63,761 nucleotides of DNA from Chiloscyllium plagiosum (GCF_004010195.1 NC_057710.1:35632869-35696629); one strand, 5' to 3'. Positions 49,575-62,437 are shown, counted from the first letter of the stretch. The notes: generated from the sequence alone by a model not told the origin. Numbers and translations: made by a program.

Positions 49575-51119
49575 GAGGTGGTGTGCCTTCTTGACCATCA
49601 CATCTCGTGGGACGTCCAGGACAGATTGTTGGTTATTGTTACGCCTCAGAACTTGATGCTCTCGACCCTCTCCACCTCAGCTGCATTGATGAAGATAAAG
49701 GCATGCCCTCCTCCTTTGACCCTTCTCCCAGTTGAAGTTGAAGCTTCTCCCAGATCCATGCCCACAGTCGATGGAAGATTGGGCAGTCAAGGTCTCTGAC
49801 ACTCAGTGGACTCCTGGTATCCAGGCCCCTGCAGAGCCCCAGGCAGATGACAAGTGTCTGGAATCAGCCTTAAGAGGTCAATCAGAGGCAGAGAAGCAGC
49901 TGGAAAAGATACCAGAGACCATGCACAGAGTTAAGCAAATGTTCTGACTGCTGCCGTGATTCCAGCATGGAAGTGTTTGGCTGCCTCCATATACTCTGGC
50001 AGAACATGCAGCAGCTGCCAGATATGTACCTTGACCTACATTCCATCGCCCCCTAGTCATGAGTGTACTTTAGCAATAGCTCAGTGAGTGAGAGAGGGGA
50101 CAAGGCATCTCAATCTCCACCTGGCTGCTTCTTCTCATTGAGAAGTCTGGACATGCTTTTGCGCACCAATAGGGTGGAGGAGCAATAGTCAGTCTTGCCA
50201 TCCCTTCAATGGGTGGCTGCCTTGGCACGTGCCCTCTGCCAGTAACTCCATCATCTCCAGTAGGTCAGGCTGAGCACAGTCCACCTGTACTATTTCAAGG
50301 GACCCGGAATAGGCCAGCGGTCTCTAGGTCTCAGAGATCAGTGTATGGCTGCCACAGACATCCCAGCCGACAGGGCATAGCAGTCAGCAGCTTGCCTCCA
50401 CCTCAGTTGTGCATGTTAGAGTGCACCCAGGCAAAGTGCTGACAGTGAAAGATTAAGAAATTATAAATTCCTATGGTGATTTAGGTGTCTATTTTTGCAT
50501 CGATGAAACATATTATGTAAATCAATGGTTAGCCTCACTCTGTCCATTTATGTTGCAGTGTCATTATTCTGCTTGCTGCTGCAATAAGCACATGCATTCC
50601 AGGGCCTTGCATTTTGTTCCCAGTCAGTCTTAGATGGTGTGAGCATCCTGACACATGCAGGGTGTAAACTTTGGATGTTACTGGTATTGCTGGGGGCTTA
50701 GAACCCAGCTGGGAACCCAGCATCACGTAGTGTTCGCCCATTGTCATCCTCTGAGTTGCTATCTCAGCAACGTCTGCAGCACTTAAAGTATTGCTAGAGG
50801 TCTTTGTAATGCATTGTCCGCATTTGGAGCTTGTGTCAGTGAGACATGATTGACATGGTATGGGCTTACTCATTCCAAGGATCTGCAGCTTTCTGTCTTC
50901 CAGGAGCCCGAGCTTGTGGGAATGTGCTGTGTTATACACACAGGGTGTAGTGTCCTGGTTCTACTGGAAGAAATGCCATGATTTTTTTTCTGAGCTGTAC
51001 ATCCAGGACCATGAACATGTGTTTTTATTTCGGATTAGTGCACACACAGGATCACATTCTCAACAATGTTAAGGTGAAAGTGTCAGCTTTAATGCTGCGA
51101 CCAAGATGACAGTACAAGA

Positions 51120-51320
51120 ACTGTTGCGATAGTCCCAAAGGACCATAAGCCTGCTCTCTGGTTAGAAAGTAAAGATTGGTGATAGTTTAACCCAATGATC
51201 ACCAAGCCTGGGGTCGGGGAAGAGGCTAAGAGGAAGGGACTGCAGTTGGTACAAGAAATGACCCTCTGCTGTTGGCACCACTGTAAACTGCAAACAAGCT
51301 GTCCAGCCAACTGATCTAAT
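51120..51320 (-). mobile_element. tRNA-derived SINE of a different family
   Basis: Minus-strand head tagatcagttggctggacagcttgtttgcag...gccaacagcagagggtcatttcttgtacc. Confidence 0.55.
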
Positions 51321-51814
51321 TCAATAACTGTCCAATTTAGCGAAATGAGATGTTCGTGCTAACATGGGAATCCAAGGCCCCCAGTCAGCAGAGATTGATA
51401 AGCTGTGGTGATATTGCAGTGCTTCACCCTGGCTGGAATCTGGTGGCAATGAGGTTGGAGTGGGCCTGTCTGTTACTTTATACCATTGTCTTGGCATCTG
51501 CCATTCCAGCTACACTGTTCCCTATATCCCCATCAGCTCCGTCATTCCCATTTCTCTGCAAGAGAGATGACATGTGACTTCTCCCAGCACCCTTCCACAA
51601 ATCTCTCCTTCCTTTGCTGAGCAATGTTGTGCAGGGCATAAAACAATGGATGCCCTCTCTGGCAGGGACTGCAGAGCTCCAACAGTGTGGTCCAAGCAGA
51701 AGAACACACTACCATTCAAGATCGGAGATGGTTACAGAGACTAGTGAATTCGGCCCAGACAATCACAAAGGCCAACCTCCCATCTATAGAATCCACCTAC
51801 CAGACCCATTGTCA

Positions 51815-53670
51815 CCTCCTCCTACTGCCCCCTTGACCATGACCCCACCTCCCACCTCCAAACCATCATCTCCCAGACCATACATAACCTCATCACCTCA
51901 GGGGATTTCCCATCCACTGCCTCCAACCTCGTAGTCCCACAACCCTACACCGCCCATTTCTACCTCCTGCCCAAAATCCACAAACCTGACTGCCCCGGCC
52001 GATCCATTGTCTCAGCCTGCTCCTGCCCCACCAAACTCATCTCTGCATACCTCGACATGGTCCTGGCCCCCACTATTCCAAGAACTCCCCACCTACGTCC
52101 ATGATTTTCGCTTCCCCAGTCCCCAACGCCTTATCTTCACCATGGACATCCAGTCCCTGTACACCTCCATCCCCCATCACGAAGGACTCAAAGCCCTCCG
52201 CTTCTTCCTTTCCCGCCGTACCAACCAGTACCCTTTCACTGACACCCTCCTTCGACTGACTGAATTGGTCCTCACCCTGAACAACTTCTCTTTTCAATCC
52301 TCTCACTTCCTCCAAACCAAAGGAGTAGCCATGTGCACCCGCATGGGCCCCAGCAATGCCTGCCTCTTCGTAGGATATGTGGAACAATCCATCTTCTGCA
52401 GCTACACTGGTACCACCCCCCACCTTTTCCTCCGCTACATCGATGACTGTATCGGCGCTGCCTCGTGCTCCCCCAAGGAGGTTGAACAGTTCATCCACTT
52501 TACCAACACCTTCCACCCCGACCTCAAATTAACCTGGACTGTCTCAGACTCCTCCCTCCCCTTCCTAGACCTCTCCATTTCTATCTCGGGCGACAGAATC
52601 AACAGAGACATTTACTATAAACCGACCGACTCCCACAGCTACCTAGACTACACCTCCTCCCACCCTGCCCCCTGTAAAAACGCCATCCCATATTCCCAAT
52701 TCCTTCGTCTCCGCCGCATCTGCTCCCAGGAGGACCAGTTCCAATACCGTACAACCAAGATGGCCTCTTTCTTCAAAGACCGCAATTTCCCCCCAAACGT
52801 GATTGACGATGCTCTCCACCGCATCTCCACCACTTCCCGCTTCTCCGCCCTTGAGCCCCCCCCCTCCAATTGCCACCCGGACAGAACCTCACTGGTCCTC
52901 ACCTACCACCCCACCAACCTCCATATACATTGTATNNNNNNNNNNNNNNNNNNNNNNNNNNNNNNNNNNNNNNNNNNNNNNNNNNNNNNNNNNNNNNNNN
53001 NNNNNNNNNNNNNNNNNNNNNNNNNNNNNNNNNNNNNNNNNNNNNNNNNNNNNNNNNNNNNNNNNNNNNNNNNNNNNNNNNNNNNNNNNNNNNNNNNNNN
53101 NNNNNNNNNNNNNNNNNNNNNNNNNNNNNNNNNNNNNNNNNNNNNNNNNNNNNNNNNNNNNNNNNNNNNNNNNNNNNNNNNNNNNNNNNNNNNNNNNNNN
53201 NNNNNNNNNNNNNNNNNNNNNNNNNNNNNNNNNNNNNNNNNNNNNNNNNNNNNNNNNNNNNNNNNNNNNNNNNNNNNNNNNNNNNNNNNNNNNNNNNNNN
53301 NNNNNNNNNNNNNNNNNNNNNNNNNNNNNNNNNNNNNNNNNNNNNNNNNNNNNNNNNNNNNNNNNNNNNNNNNNNNNNNNNNNNNNNNNNNNNNNNNNNN
53401 NNNNNNNNNNNNNNNNNCCCCCACCCCTACTCCGGCCTATCACCCTCACCTTAACCTCCTTCCACCTATCGCATTTCCAACACCACTCCCCCAAGTCCCT
53501 CCTCCCTACCTTTTATCTTAGCCTGCTGGGCACACTTTCCTCATTCCTGAAGAAGGGCTCATGCCCGAAACACTGATTCTCCTGCTCCTTGGATGCTGCC
53601 TGACCTGCTGCGCTTTTCCAATAACACATTTTCAGCTCTGACCTCCAGCATCTGCAGTCCTCACTTTCTC
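51815..53670 (+). mobile_element. Penelope-like retroelement, 5'-truncated, with 10-bp TSD
   Basis: RT motifs LIFTMDIQSLYTSIPH, QTKGVAM, FLRYIDD, LPFLDL, YKPTDSHSYLDYTSSHP; pLTR with CTGAAGA...GAAAC at 53547; TSD cccattgtca (51805-51814 and 53671-53680). Confidence 0.96.
52936..53417. other. Assembly gap (N run)
   Basis: Run of n. Confidence 1.
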
Positions 53671-53985
53671 CCCATTGTCAAGGAAAGGTCACCAGCATTC
53701 TCAAAGATCCATCCCACCCTAGCAAGGCTTCTCTACAACTTCTACCATTGGGGAGAAGGTACAGAAGCCTGAACGCATGCACCAACTGGTTTCGAAACAG
53801 TTTCTTCCGTACTGTTGTTAGAATACTGAATAGACTCACAAACTGTTAGCCTTCACTTGTACCTGTGTTCTTGTTTTTGCCGCAGTTTATTTATTACTTA
53901 CTTCTCTATGCTATTTAACTATGTGATCTGCCTTTGTTGCTCACAAGACAACGCTTATCATTGTGCCTCAATCCACGTGACAATA

Positions 53986-54021
53986 AATTCAATTCAATTC
54001 AATTCAATTCAATTCAATTCA
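53986..54021 (+). repeat. (AATTC)n microsatellite forming the Rex1 tail
   Basis: aattc repeated about 7 times directly after aataaa. Confidence 0.95.
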
Positions 54022-54887
54022 ATAGCTTGTCCTCTTGCTGCCCTGGCTGAATCATGGCCAGCACTAGAGCTGTCCTCTCCTCCAGTTTGTGGATGACTCA
54101 TTGGGGTCAACAGCCATTGTCTTCCAAAGCTATCCCCTGACCCCAAGCGGCCACCTGTAGGTGATGAAGGGAGAGAAAACTAGTGTCACCTGCATGTACA
54201 TGAGGATGTGTGAATCATTGGAGCTTCCTGCGGTGCACACACCTAGCCGAAGGATTTATGTCTTTTGATCAGAGAGCAGCTGACATTCAGAGAGTGAATG
54301 TTCTTTTGTTAGTGAATGCTGCTGGCTGACCAAGGGAGCTCTCAGTGCCAGAGATGTGATGTCAATTGCCCTTAGGCAGCAGCGACAATCCTGCAATGAC
54401 AGCGAGTCCCACAGCTCTGGCAGCCTGGCTTGGGCTAGGTTCTATCGTGAATCTAATAAATTCATTCATTCTGTTAAACAGAGTATTGGTCACCTACCTC
54501 CCTGATACATTTTGTAAGTGGCTGACTATAGTATTCTGAACATGTCTGTGGAGCCCAGAAGGACCTGTCAGCGTGGTTTCCAAATCCATGTGACCCGGCA
54601 CATGTAAGCCACAACAGCCAATGGCCTGCTTGGCCACCTCCCATATTGCATCTCTGATATTTCAGGTAGCTACACCACCTCTGGTATATGTGATCATACT
54701 TCAGTGCTTGGCATCACACTAGCCCCTGGTTGCTAGCATCCTATGTTGCTTGACTCTCATTCCCTTTTGCTGTTCTGGACACTGCTCTGCCTGGCTCTGG
54801 GCCACTGCCTTACAATTACCTCTGAAGCAGCACCAGAGCTAACAGGAATACTAGGTTAGCCTGACACATTGTCATGTCTCATGAATA

Positions 54888-54968
54888 GAGTGGTGCTGAA
54901 AAAGAACAACAGGTCAGGCAGCATCTGAGGAGAAGGAAAATCGATGTTTCATGCAAAAGCCCTTCATT
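54888..54968 (-). mobile_element. Solo PLE pLTR fragment
   Basis: gagtggtgctgaaaaagaacaacaggtcaggcagcatctgaggagaaggaaaatcgatgtttcatgcaaaagcccttcat. Confidence 0.75.
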
Positions 54969-56944
54969 GTCATTTCTGCCTGAGGTGATTTGTGAACAAA
55001 TTGCAAGGAACAACCTAGTTACCATATTCACTTAGGCCGAGGTATTACTGCCAAATAGGACACCCAATAATTAACATTAGACATTCCTTGGTCCCCACCC
55101 ATCCCATTGTGATCATTCCCATCCCACACTAGAGCAGTGGACCATGGAAATAGAAATCAAGACTAAGCAGTTCCCTCAATCACTATTGAACTTCTAAAGC
55201 CATTACTCTAAAGCTTCATTTTATTATCCTTTTATTACCTTCAGCCAAATTCTGACCACCCCAATACAGCCATCAGCAGCTGTCAGTGACACTCAAGCTT
55301 CCCCCTGGCACAATGTTACATCATCCCCAACCTGCAATCCATCATCCTTGGCCATTGTCATGCTTTCTGCTGCTACTCTTGAGTCTTGGAACTTTGGAAA
55401 TAACCTTCCTAGCATGATGCTAACTGTCTGCACATTCATTCTAGACCTTTCATCTTCCAACATCATAGTTCCTGCATGATCCTACATCCTCCCTTTGTCT
55501 CATATGAGAGAACATAAAGCTGCCAACTCCCATCCTCCCTCAGTCAGCGGGAGCTGTCCTTTGGCACACTTACTCCTCTTTCTCCACATTGGTTTCATTC
55601 CACTGAGAATCCTTCTTTGCAGAGTGAATGAGACCCATGGGTCAGGTTGCTATGCTTCTGTGTTCAGAGATTGGACTCAGAGATGAAAACATACCTGAAT
55701 GTAGTTCCCACCATTTAATTTAGTTCTCATCATTTTATTAAGGTGTCTCTTTCATTAGCCAATTGTTAACTGCACTCACCAAAAGCAACCCTCCTTCCAC
55801 ATTGAAGGATTGTATGTAAGAGCAACTGAATTCACAGGAAGACATTGAAAGTATGTTGTATCTCACATTCAAGACCTGTCAACCATCTTCTATCCTCACC
55901 TAATGACCTACCAATTTTCCCCATCATCCTCGGTACACTGAACTATTTTTCTCCATTCTGTTATCCTTAAACCTCTTCCCATTGACTCTGTTGAATGTAA
56001 TGCCTTTTATCAGATCTGAGCCTACAACTGTTACTATGTCAATGTCTACTGTCACCCACTAATAAAAGCAAAATACCGAGGGTACTAGAAATCTGCAAAA
56101 AACTCAGAAAATTCTGGAAGCACACAGCAGCTCTGATAGCATCTTTGAAGTGAGAAACAAAATTAACGTCTTCTTCAGAAATACATATTGCAGAGCAGAG
56201 TCCAAGCACTGATCCCTGTGGTATCACTACTCACTGGCTGCCACTAGGAAAACACCCCATTTATTGCTACTCTTGTTTCCTGCCTGCCAACCATTTGGCT
56301 ATCCATGTCAGTACACTACCTCCCAAACCCTAGCAATGACATTTTAGTATAATTTTGATAAGTTTCTTTTGTAATATTCTGCTTACTGTTTCATTTTTTG
56401 TTACATTTGGGGGTATCTATACTATTATCATTGTCTATTTATTAAATCAGTGGAAAAAAAATGCCACAACATTTTCGTCGCCAGAACCTGACTTTAACCT
56501 TGCGCATTTTGTCCTTTAATTATTTCTGCTCCTCTCCTGAAATTGCGAACTTGAAATTGCTGCATTTGCCACCCTCTTGTGTCTTGCCTCTTGTACTCTC
56601 CACGAGTGAGCCTCCTCAGTAAGTACCTGAAGCTTATTCATTTGGGAGGAAGGCCAGGACTTTTCATGCCACATCCAATTGACAAACCGATAATTGAGAG
56701 GATTTTTCTCATCATAATCTTTTATAAGTTTGAATTCCTTTATGAAATCACCTCTTATTCTCAGGAAGAGTCAGAGCCTATCAAATTTCCTTGGCAATTG
56801 AAGAATATAAGGATATTTAAGAATACATGAAAATAAATATGTTTCCATGTATCACTCCAGTGAGGCAATGTGACACTTTTTCCCATTACTTGTTATACCC
56901 TTCTTGTAATGGGACCACTCACTGAGATACAATGCTACTCTGGT

Positions 56945-57590
56945 ATGGAGATAGTAAGGACTGCAGATGCTGGAAGTCACAGGCAACAAAATATAGAGCT
57001 CAAAAGGTCAGACAGCATTAGTGGCGCTGGAAAGTCAACATTTTGGGTCAGGACCCTTCATCAGGAAGAGGAGCTCAGCAATAATAGAGGGAGGGGGTGG
57101 GGCTGGGAGAAAGGTAGGTGGGATGGTGATAGGTGGATGCAGATAGGGGTTTTTTGTGGGAAGGGCAGAATGGATAGATGAGAAGCAAGATGGACAAGTA
57201 AGGTCAGGTCAAGGGATTGGGGATAAGAGGGAGGGCTAGATATGGGATGAGGTTGGAGGTGAGGAGATTTTGATGCTGGTGAACTCTGTGTTGAGGCTAT
57301 TAGGTCATAGGCTCCCAAGGTGTTGTTCCTCTACTTTGCATGTTAACAGTGGAGGAGGCCCAGGATGGACATGTTGCCAGGTTAGTGGGAGGGGGTGTTG
57401 AAATGGCTGGCAACTGGAAGGTGGTGTTGATTGGAGCATACAGAGCACAGACACCCCATGAACTGATCCCTGAATCTGCTCTTGGTCTCTCCGATGTAGA
57501 GGACACCACATTGGGAGAAGTGGATGGAAAAAAACCAGGTTAGAAGAAGTGCAGGTGAATCTCTGCTGAATTTGGAATGATTGTTTGGAA
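56945..57590 (-). mobile_element. Degraded Penelope 3' fragment (GIY-YIG plus pLTR)
   Basis: pLTR ggagatagtaaggactgcagatgctgg...gacccttcatcagg; minus strand NVVSSTSERP (frameshifted LYIGET) and similarity to 19140-19390. Confidence 0.8.
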
Positions 57591-58685
57591 TGATTACTCT
57601 GGTATGGACTCTATTGGATTGAAGGACATTTGAATGAAAGGAGAGGGATATTCAACTCAAAACTTTCTCCACTGAACATTTCCAGCACTTTCTGTTTTGT
57701 TTTGCTGAAAGACACACCACAGTGCAATATTACCATTGCAGCTTTCCACTCTGATTTTACCTTTGCCCTTTGTTCTCAATGTGTTCTGCTGTTCAGGTAT
57801 GCCTCGGTACATGTGGTATATCCCTCTTAATTCAACGTTTCATTATTAGTTAGATCTAAACTTATATTTTGATCAAAGTTTAAACAAGGTGTTCATAAAA
57901 TGTGTCAGATGTGAGCAGTAATGTGGCATAATTCATTTGAAATATCATTATTTGTAATAAAAATTGTAAATCTGGGAAACCAGCTAAGATTCACTTTGAG
58001 AACAATATCCTACTTATTTAGAGGACAGAATGGGGACTATAAGAGAAAGGTGTTCCATCCAATTATCTCATAACCTTTGCATAACTCCATTGCTTCTGGC
58101 ATTTTTCCCTCAATTTTTGATACACAAAGCATCACAATATTCTCTGTTGTATAATCTTGATTTGGCTTACTTTCTACTTCCATAATAGAGTGCGTAGGTG
58201 TATTTGAATATTAACCTTTGACTTTCTAATAATGGATTTCTACTGAGTATTCAAATGGATTTTGAGAAAGAATGTTGCAGCCCTGTGCTCTGCATCTGAG
58301 TGACTGTAAAATGTTAGAGGCACATGAAGAAGATTGAATGAAGAAGATTGAAAGCCCAGAAAGTCATGGTTTCCTGACCCCTTCCACAGTACAGGATCAA
58401 AGTATTTGCATGTGTTGGACAGATGGCTGCATAATTTTCGGTGAGACCATGGAATTGTCTCAGTGGAGGTGGAAGGGAAAAGTAAATCACTGTAGCACAT
58501 TCAGACTTGATGCTCTCCCTAGAATTGACTGACCAACAAACAGCCAATTAATTTCTAATGGATCCGAATTCTACCAGAATCAGGTCCTGAAACACAATTG
58601 TGGCTATAATGTAAAGGCCCACCTAACCTAGAGAGCAATTTTGTTGTTAGTCGATGTCAATATGCTGGTTTTAACTTGAACTATA

Positions 58686-59569
58686 CAGATGAACCTCGAT
58701 TATCCAAATATCAATTATCTGAATTTTGGATTATCCGAAGAAGATCTCAAGGTCCTGATAGAAACATTACGTCAAAGGCGTGTTACCAACACTGATCGCG
58801 TCTTTTATTTACAATGATTAGAAGTGAATTTGGCTCACTTGAAATGCTGCTGAGAACAGTCGTGGTCATAGATGGGAGCCCAGGCACTGTCTCCAAATGA
58901 CTGACCACCTGCCCTCCCTCTCTCTCTCCCCACACTTTCCCTGGAGTTCCACACAGGGGTGTACCCTAAACCCCCCCACTTCCCAAGATAATCTCTCCAA
59001 CATTGTCCTGTACAGGGCGAAGGTGGAACCTGACAAAAAGTCGCAAAAACTTGCAGTAAAATGGTGTGTGTGTGTGTTATTTTGAGACTCACCCCCCAAA
59101 AGGCAGAAGCAGTCTTGCTGTTGGTGTCCAGTCTCGCTGTCCTGGGGGAGGGGGTGTGGGTGGACGGGGTTGGGAGGGGTGGTGCGAATTGGGAGCAGAC
59201 AGTGGGGGGGGCGTGGGCAGACAGTGGGTGGGGACGGACATGGAGTGAAGCAGAGTAGGGGGCAGGGGCTCGCACGTGGTGTGCTGCTGCCTACTCTCCT
59301 GAACGGGGAGCAGACTTAGCAAGTGCTCACTGTGTCAATCCTATTGAACTGATTGGGAGTGGGGGGGAGCGGTTGGATTCAGGAGGTTTCAGCAATGCTG
59401 CAGGTCCCTTACACACAAGTCTCCCTGAGATAGAGAGAGGGAGCAAGGCAGGCAGAGCAGGGAAAAAGGAAACTTCAGAAAAGTCTGAGCCCCAGAAGAG
59501 AGGCATTGAATCCATTATCCGAATGAAATAGTGCCCATCCATCTTGTTTGGACAATCAAAGTTCCTCTG
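58686..59569. mobile_element. Non-autonomous Tc1/mariner (Tigger/pogo-like) DNA transposon
   Basis: TIRs CAGATGAACCTCGATTATCC / GGACAATCAAAGTTCCTCTG, flanked by TA on both sides (58684-85 and 59570-71). Confidence 0.82.
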
Positions 59570-59574
59570 TAGTT

Positions 59575-59945
59575 GATGAAGTATATAAGAGCATGAGGGG
59601 CATAGACAGGGGAGATAGAAAGTAACTGCTTCCTTCAGCTGAAGGGACAATGACAGTAGAACATAACTTTCTGCCTTTCACCTTAAAATTAAGAGCGTAA
59701 TTGAGGAAAATTATTTTCACCCAGAGAGTGGTCAGAATCTGGAATATACTGCCTAGGAGGGTAGCTGAGGTGTGTAATCTCACAACTTCTTAACGTGTTT
59801 GCCTGAACACTTGAAACATCATCACCTTCAAGGCTATGGGCCTGGTGCTGGAAGGTGGGGCTAGTGCTGATTGAGTTCAGGTTTGGTTGTACAGACTCAA
59901 TGGGCTGAAGGGCCTCCTCTGTACTGCATAAATCTATGGAACTCT
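59575..59945 (+). mobile_element. CR1 3' end
   Basis: gaggaaaattattttcacccagagagtggtcagaatctggaatatactgcct; tail gggctgaagggcctcctctgtactg. Confidence 0.85.
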
Positions 59946-60317
59946 GTACGTGGCATGGGAAGAGTTTTGAAAGCAATTACAACAACTTTGTCTTGCAAGG
60001 ATCTAGGAATTTAGGATTTATAACATTTATGAAATGTATGTTGTTCCGTAACACTTAGAAAAAAATCTTGTTTATCCTGATTAGTTATCACTTTGATTTA
60101 AAAAAGCAAAGACTAGCCCTTCCAATGTCATTTTGATTCAGCTCCCTCCCCCACCCACTCCGCTCCCCCTTAATGGGCTTTACATATAAATTAATCAACT
60201 GGAGAACATAAATGATTTACTTGTGGTGGTTAGTAGGTGAAAAAATACTCTGGGTAATTTGGATATGGGAAAAAAAAAGTTCACCTCTCTGTAAGAGCAC
60301 TTCAGGATATCGGAAAA

Positions 60318-60772
60318 GTGAGAAAGGACTTGCATTATATGGTGGCTGCTATGACCGCAGCACCTCCCAAAATGCTTTACAGCCAATGCAGTACATTTGA
60401 AGTGTACTCACTGTTATAAATGTAGGGATGGCACAGAAGTTAATTTATGTATAAGAAACTCTGACAAACAACAATGTGACAATTACCAGTTAATCTGTTT
60501 TAGATGTCAGCCAAGTGGTAATAATAGGCCAAGGCACTGCGGCTAACTCTGCTATTCTTCTTTGAAATTGTGCCATGGGATCTTGCACATCCATCTGAGA
60601 GAGCAGATGGAGCTCATTTTAACATCTCATCCAAACGATTACATCTCTGATACTATGGCACTCACACAAGCCTGAACCTGAATGTCAGCCTGGATTTTGA
60701 ACTTAAGCATTTGGAGCGTGAACTAACTTCACAACTTTCTGATTCAGTGGCAATGCTCTCTCTGGACCACTG
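60318..60772 (-). mobile_element. Deu-domain SINE (SacSINE1-like), near full length
   Basis: aaaggacttgcattatat...gctttacagccaatgcagtac...ctgctattcttctttgaaattgtgccatgggatctt...tttaacatctcatcc...aactttctgattcag. Confidence 0.78.
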
Positions 60773-62089
60773 TAACATGTCATTATTCCAAACCTCTGCT
60801 GACTCTCCAGTTCAACCCCGTGTTTGCTGTCCTGTGATCAATCTTGGTATGGTAATGTTTTGATTTTAAAATTTTCATTCTTGTTCTCAAATCCCTTTTT
60901 GACCTCACTTATTTCTATCTCAGTCACCTCTTCCAGTCCTATAAGATAATGAGTGCATAATTATTTATTTATTGGACAAGTAATTCAGAAGATTGGATTA
61001 TGGTCAGGTGAAATGAGTTCAAATCATACTAGAAAATACTGCTAACTGAATAAGGAATTAAAGTTTAGTCTCAATAGGGTTGACCATAAAAACACCAGAA
61101 TATCTTCAAAATCCATCTGCTTTACTAATTCACTTTAGCGAAGGAAATATGCTCCCCTTATGTGGTCTTTCCAAAGTCACTCAAGACTCACATCCATATG
61201 TTTGACTTTTAGGCTGGGATTTCCTGTTTCAGGATTAAGGAGAATAGTTTCCAGGAAGGAAACCTGGGCCTACTGAGGTACGAAAGCCCAATAGATCTCC
61301 AGGCAGCTGATTCGCCATTGGCAGGCTTTCTGCCAGGGTCAGTACCCCAGAGCAGGAAGTCCTGTTCCCTGGTGCGGCTGGACATACAGAGGCTGACAAC
61401 TCCAGAACTCAGCAATATCATAGCAGAGGTCATAGCTAGTGCCTGGAGGAAGGAGGATCATCACTGGGACTGATATGTGTCACTGGGGGTCCGTTTTTGG
61501 GGTTGGAGGTCATGGGGAGTGAAGGGGTGGGATGGGTAGAGAATTCAGAAGTTAGAGTAGTGGGGTGGTTCTAAAAAGTCAGCCTCTCTAGAATCAGTGC
61601 GCAAGCAGGCCATTCGGCCCATTGAGTACATACTGACACTCTGAGGAGTGTCCCTGCTCCAGATCCATTAAGTTATTCTTGCACAAATTCCTTAAGATTG
61701 AGAGCACCATCCCCAAGCTAACAATGTGCCTACATGGGATAACCAATTGTGTAGGCTCTTTCTCTTCCTGCCTGGAGCTGAAATTAGTGCAACCCAGGGT
61801 GACTGAGGTCCTGAAGGGGCCAATCATTGATCATTGATGGACTTCAGTTAGTGGCAGGTTTCAAAGGGTGAGAGAATTAAACTTGCCTCTTCTCACCAAA
61901 CCTTGACTCCTATTGTTGTGGGATGGTGTGGGAGTCTCCAGAAAACCAATGCAACAGATTATCTATCCCTTCTTCACTTTTCCTACTGTTTTTTTCAAGA
62001 TGGAAAGATTCTAACCTTAATTGCAATCTACAATCAACTAGCAAGTAACTGCAGCATCGCCACAAAAGGTGTGAATGAACAACCAACAA

Positions 62090-62437
62090 AATTAACCCTG
62101 TAAACTTGGTTAAGTGTTTTGAAGAAGTAACAGAGGATTGATGAGGGCAGAGCACTGAATGTGATGTGTATGGGTTTTAGTAAGACCTTCGACAAGGTTC
62201 TTCCTGGCAGACTGGTTAGCAAGGTTTGATCTCATGGAATACAGGGAGAACTAGCCATTTGGATACAGAACTGGCTCAAAGGTAGAAGACAGAGGGTGGT
62301 GGCAGACAGTTGCTTTTGAGACTGGAGGCCTGTGATCAGTGGTGTGCCATAAGGATCGGTGCTGGGTCCACTGCTTTTTGTCATTTATATTAATGATTTG
62401 GATGTGAACATAGGAGGTATAGTTAGTAAGTTTCCAG
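62090..62437 (+). mobile_element. CR1 RT fragment
   Basis: MGFSKTFDKVLPGRL...WIQNWLKGRRQRVV...SGVP.GSVLGPLLFVIYINDLD. Confidence 0.9.

Larger units (their letters stand above)
48405..49725 (-). mobile_element. Rex1/Babar LINE 3' part, split by two SINEs
   Basis: Minus strand FQPPPSGRRYRSLNTRINSFKNSFFPTVVTLLN (48610-48710) and EVERVESIKF.GVTITNNLSWTSH (49610-49680). Confidence 0.8.
51711..54021 (+). mobile_element. Rex1/Babar LINE 3' end, split by Penelope (51711-51814 and 53671-54021)
   Basis: QDRRWLQRLVNSAQTITKANLPSIESTYQTHC|QGKVTSILKDPSHP...LLPLGRRYRSLNACTNWFRNSFFRTVVRILN; AATAAA followed by an (aattc)n tail. Confidence 0.88.
51610..54700 (-). pseudogene. Decayed PIF/Harbinger (HARBI1-like) DDE transposase, interrupted by Rex1 and Penelope
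   Basis: Minus-strand remnants in the expected order: RAVGLAVIAG...GQPAAFTNK (54300-54420), LG..G.LWK.WLLTPM.HPQT (54075-54150), FFCLDHTVGALQSLPERAS..CPAQH (51625-51705), resembling HARBI motifs GFAAIAGFP/NRKG, LLGDKGYP..WLMTP and RFRCLD..GALQY.P. Confidence 0.7.

Noticed and set aside
50535-50939. 134-aa minus-strand ORF
   Set aside because: No recognisable domain or convincing splice sites, and it lies inside the decayed Harbinger region.
55690-57830. Other minus-strand donor-like sites (about 55694, 55777 and 57733) as extra exons of the nested gene
   Set aside because: In-frame stops or no credible acceptor upstream.
58325-58352. 14-bp tandem duplication tgaagaagattgaa
   Set aside because: An ordinary slippage duplication with no supporting context.
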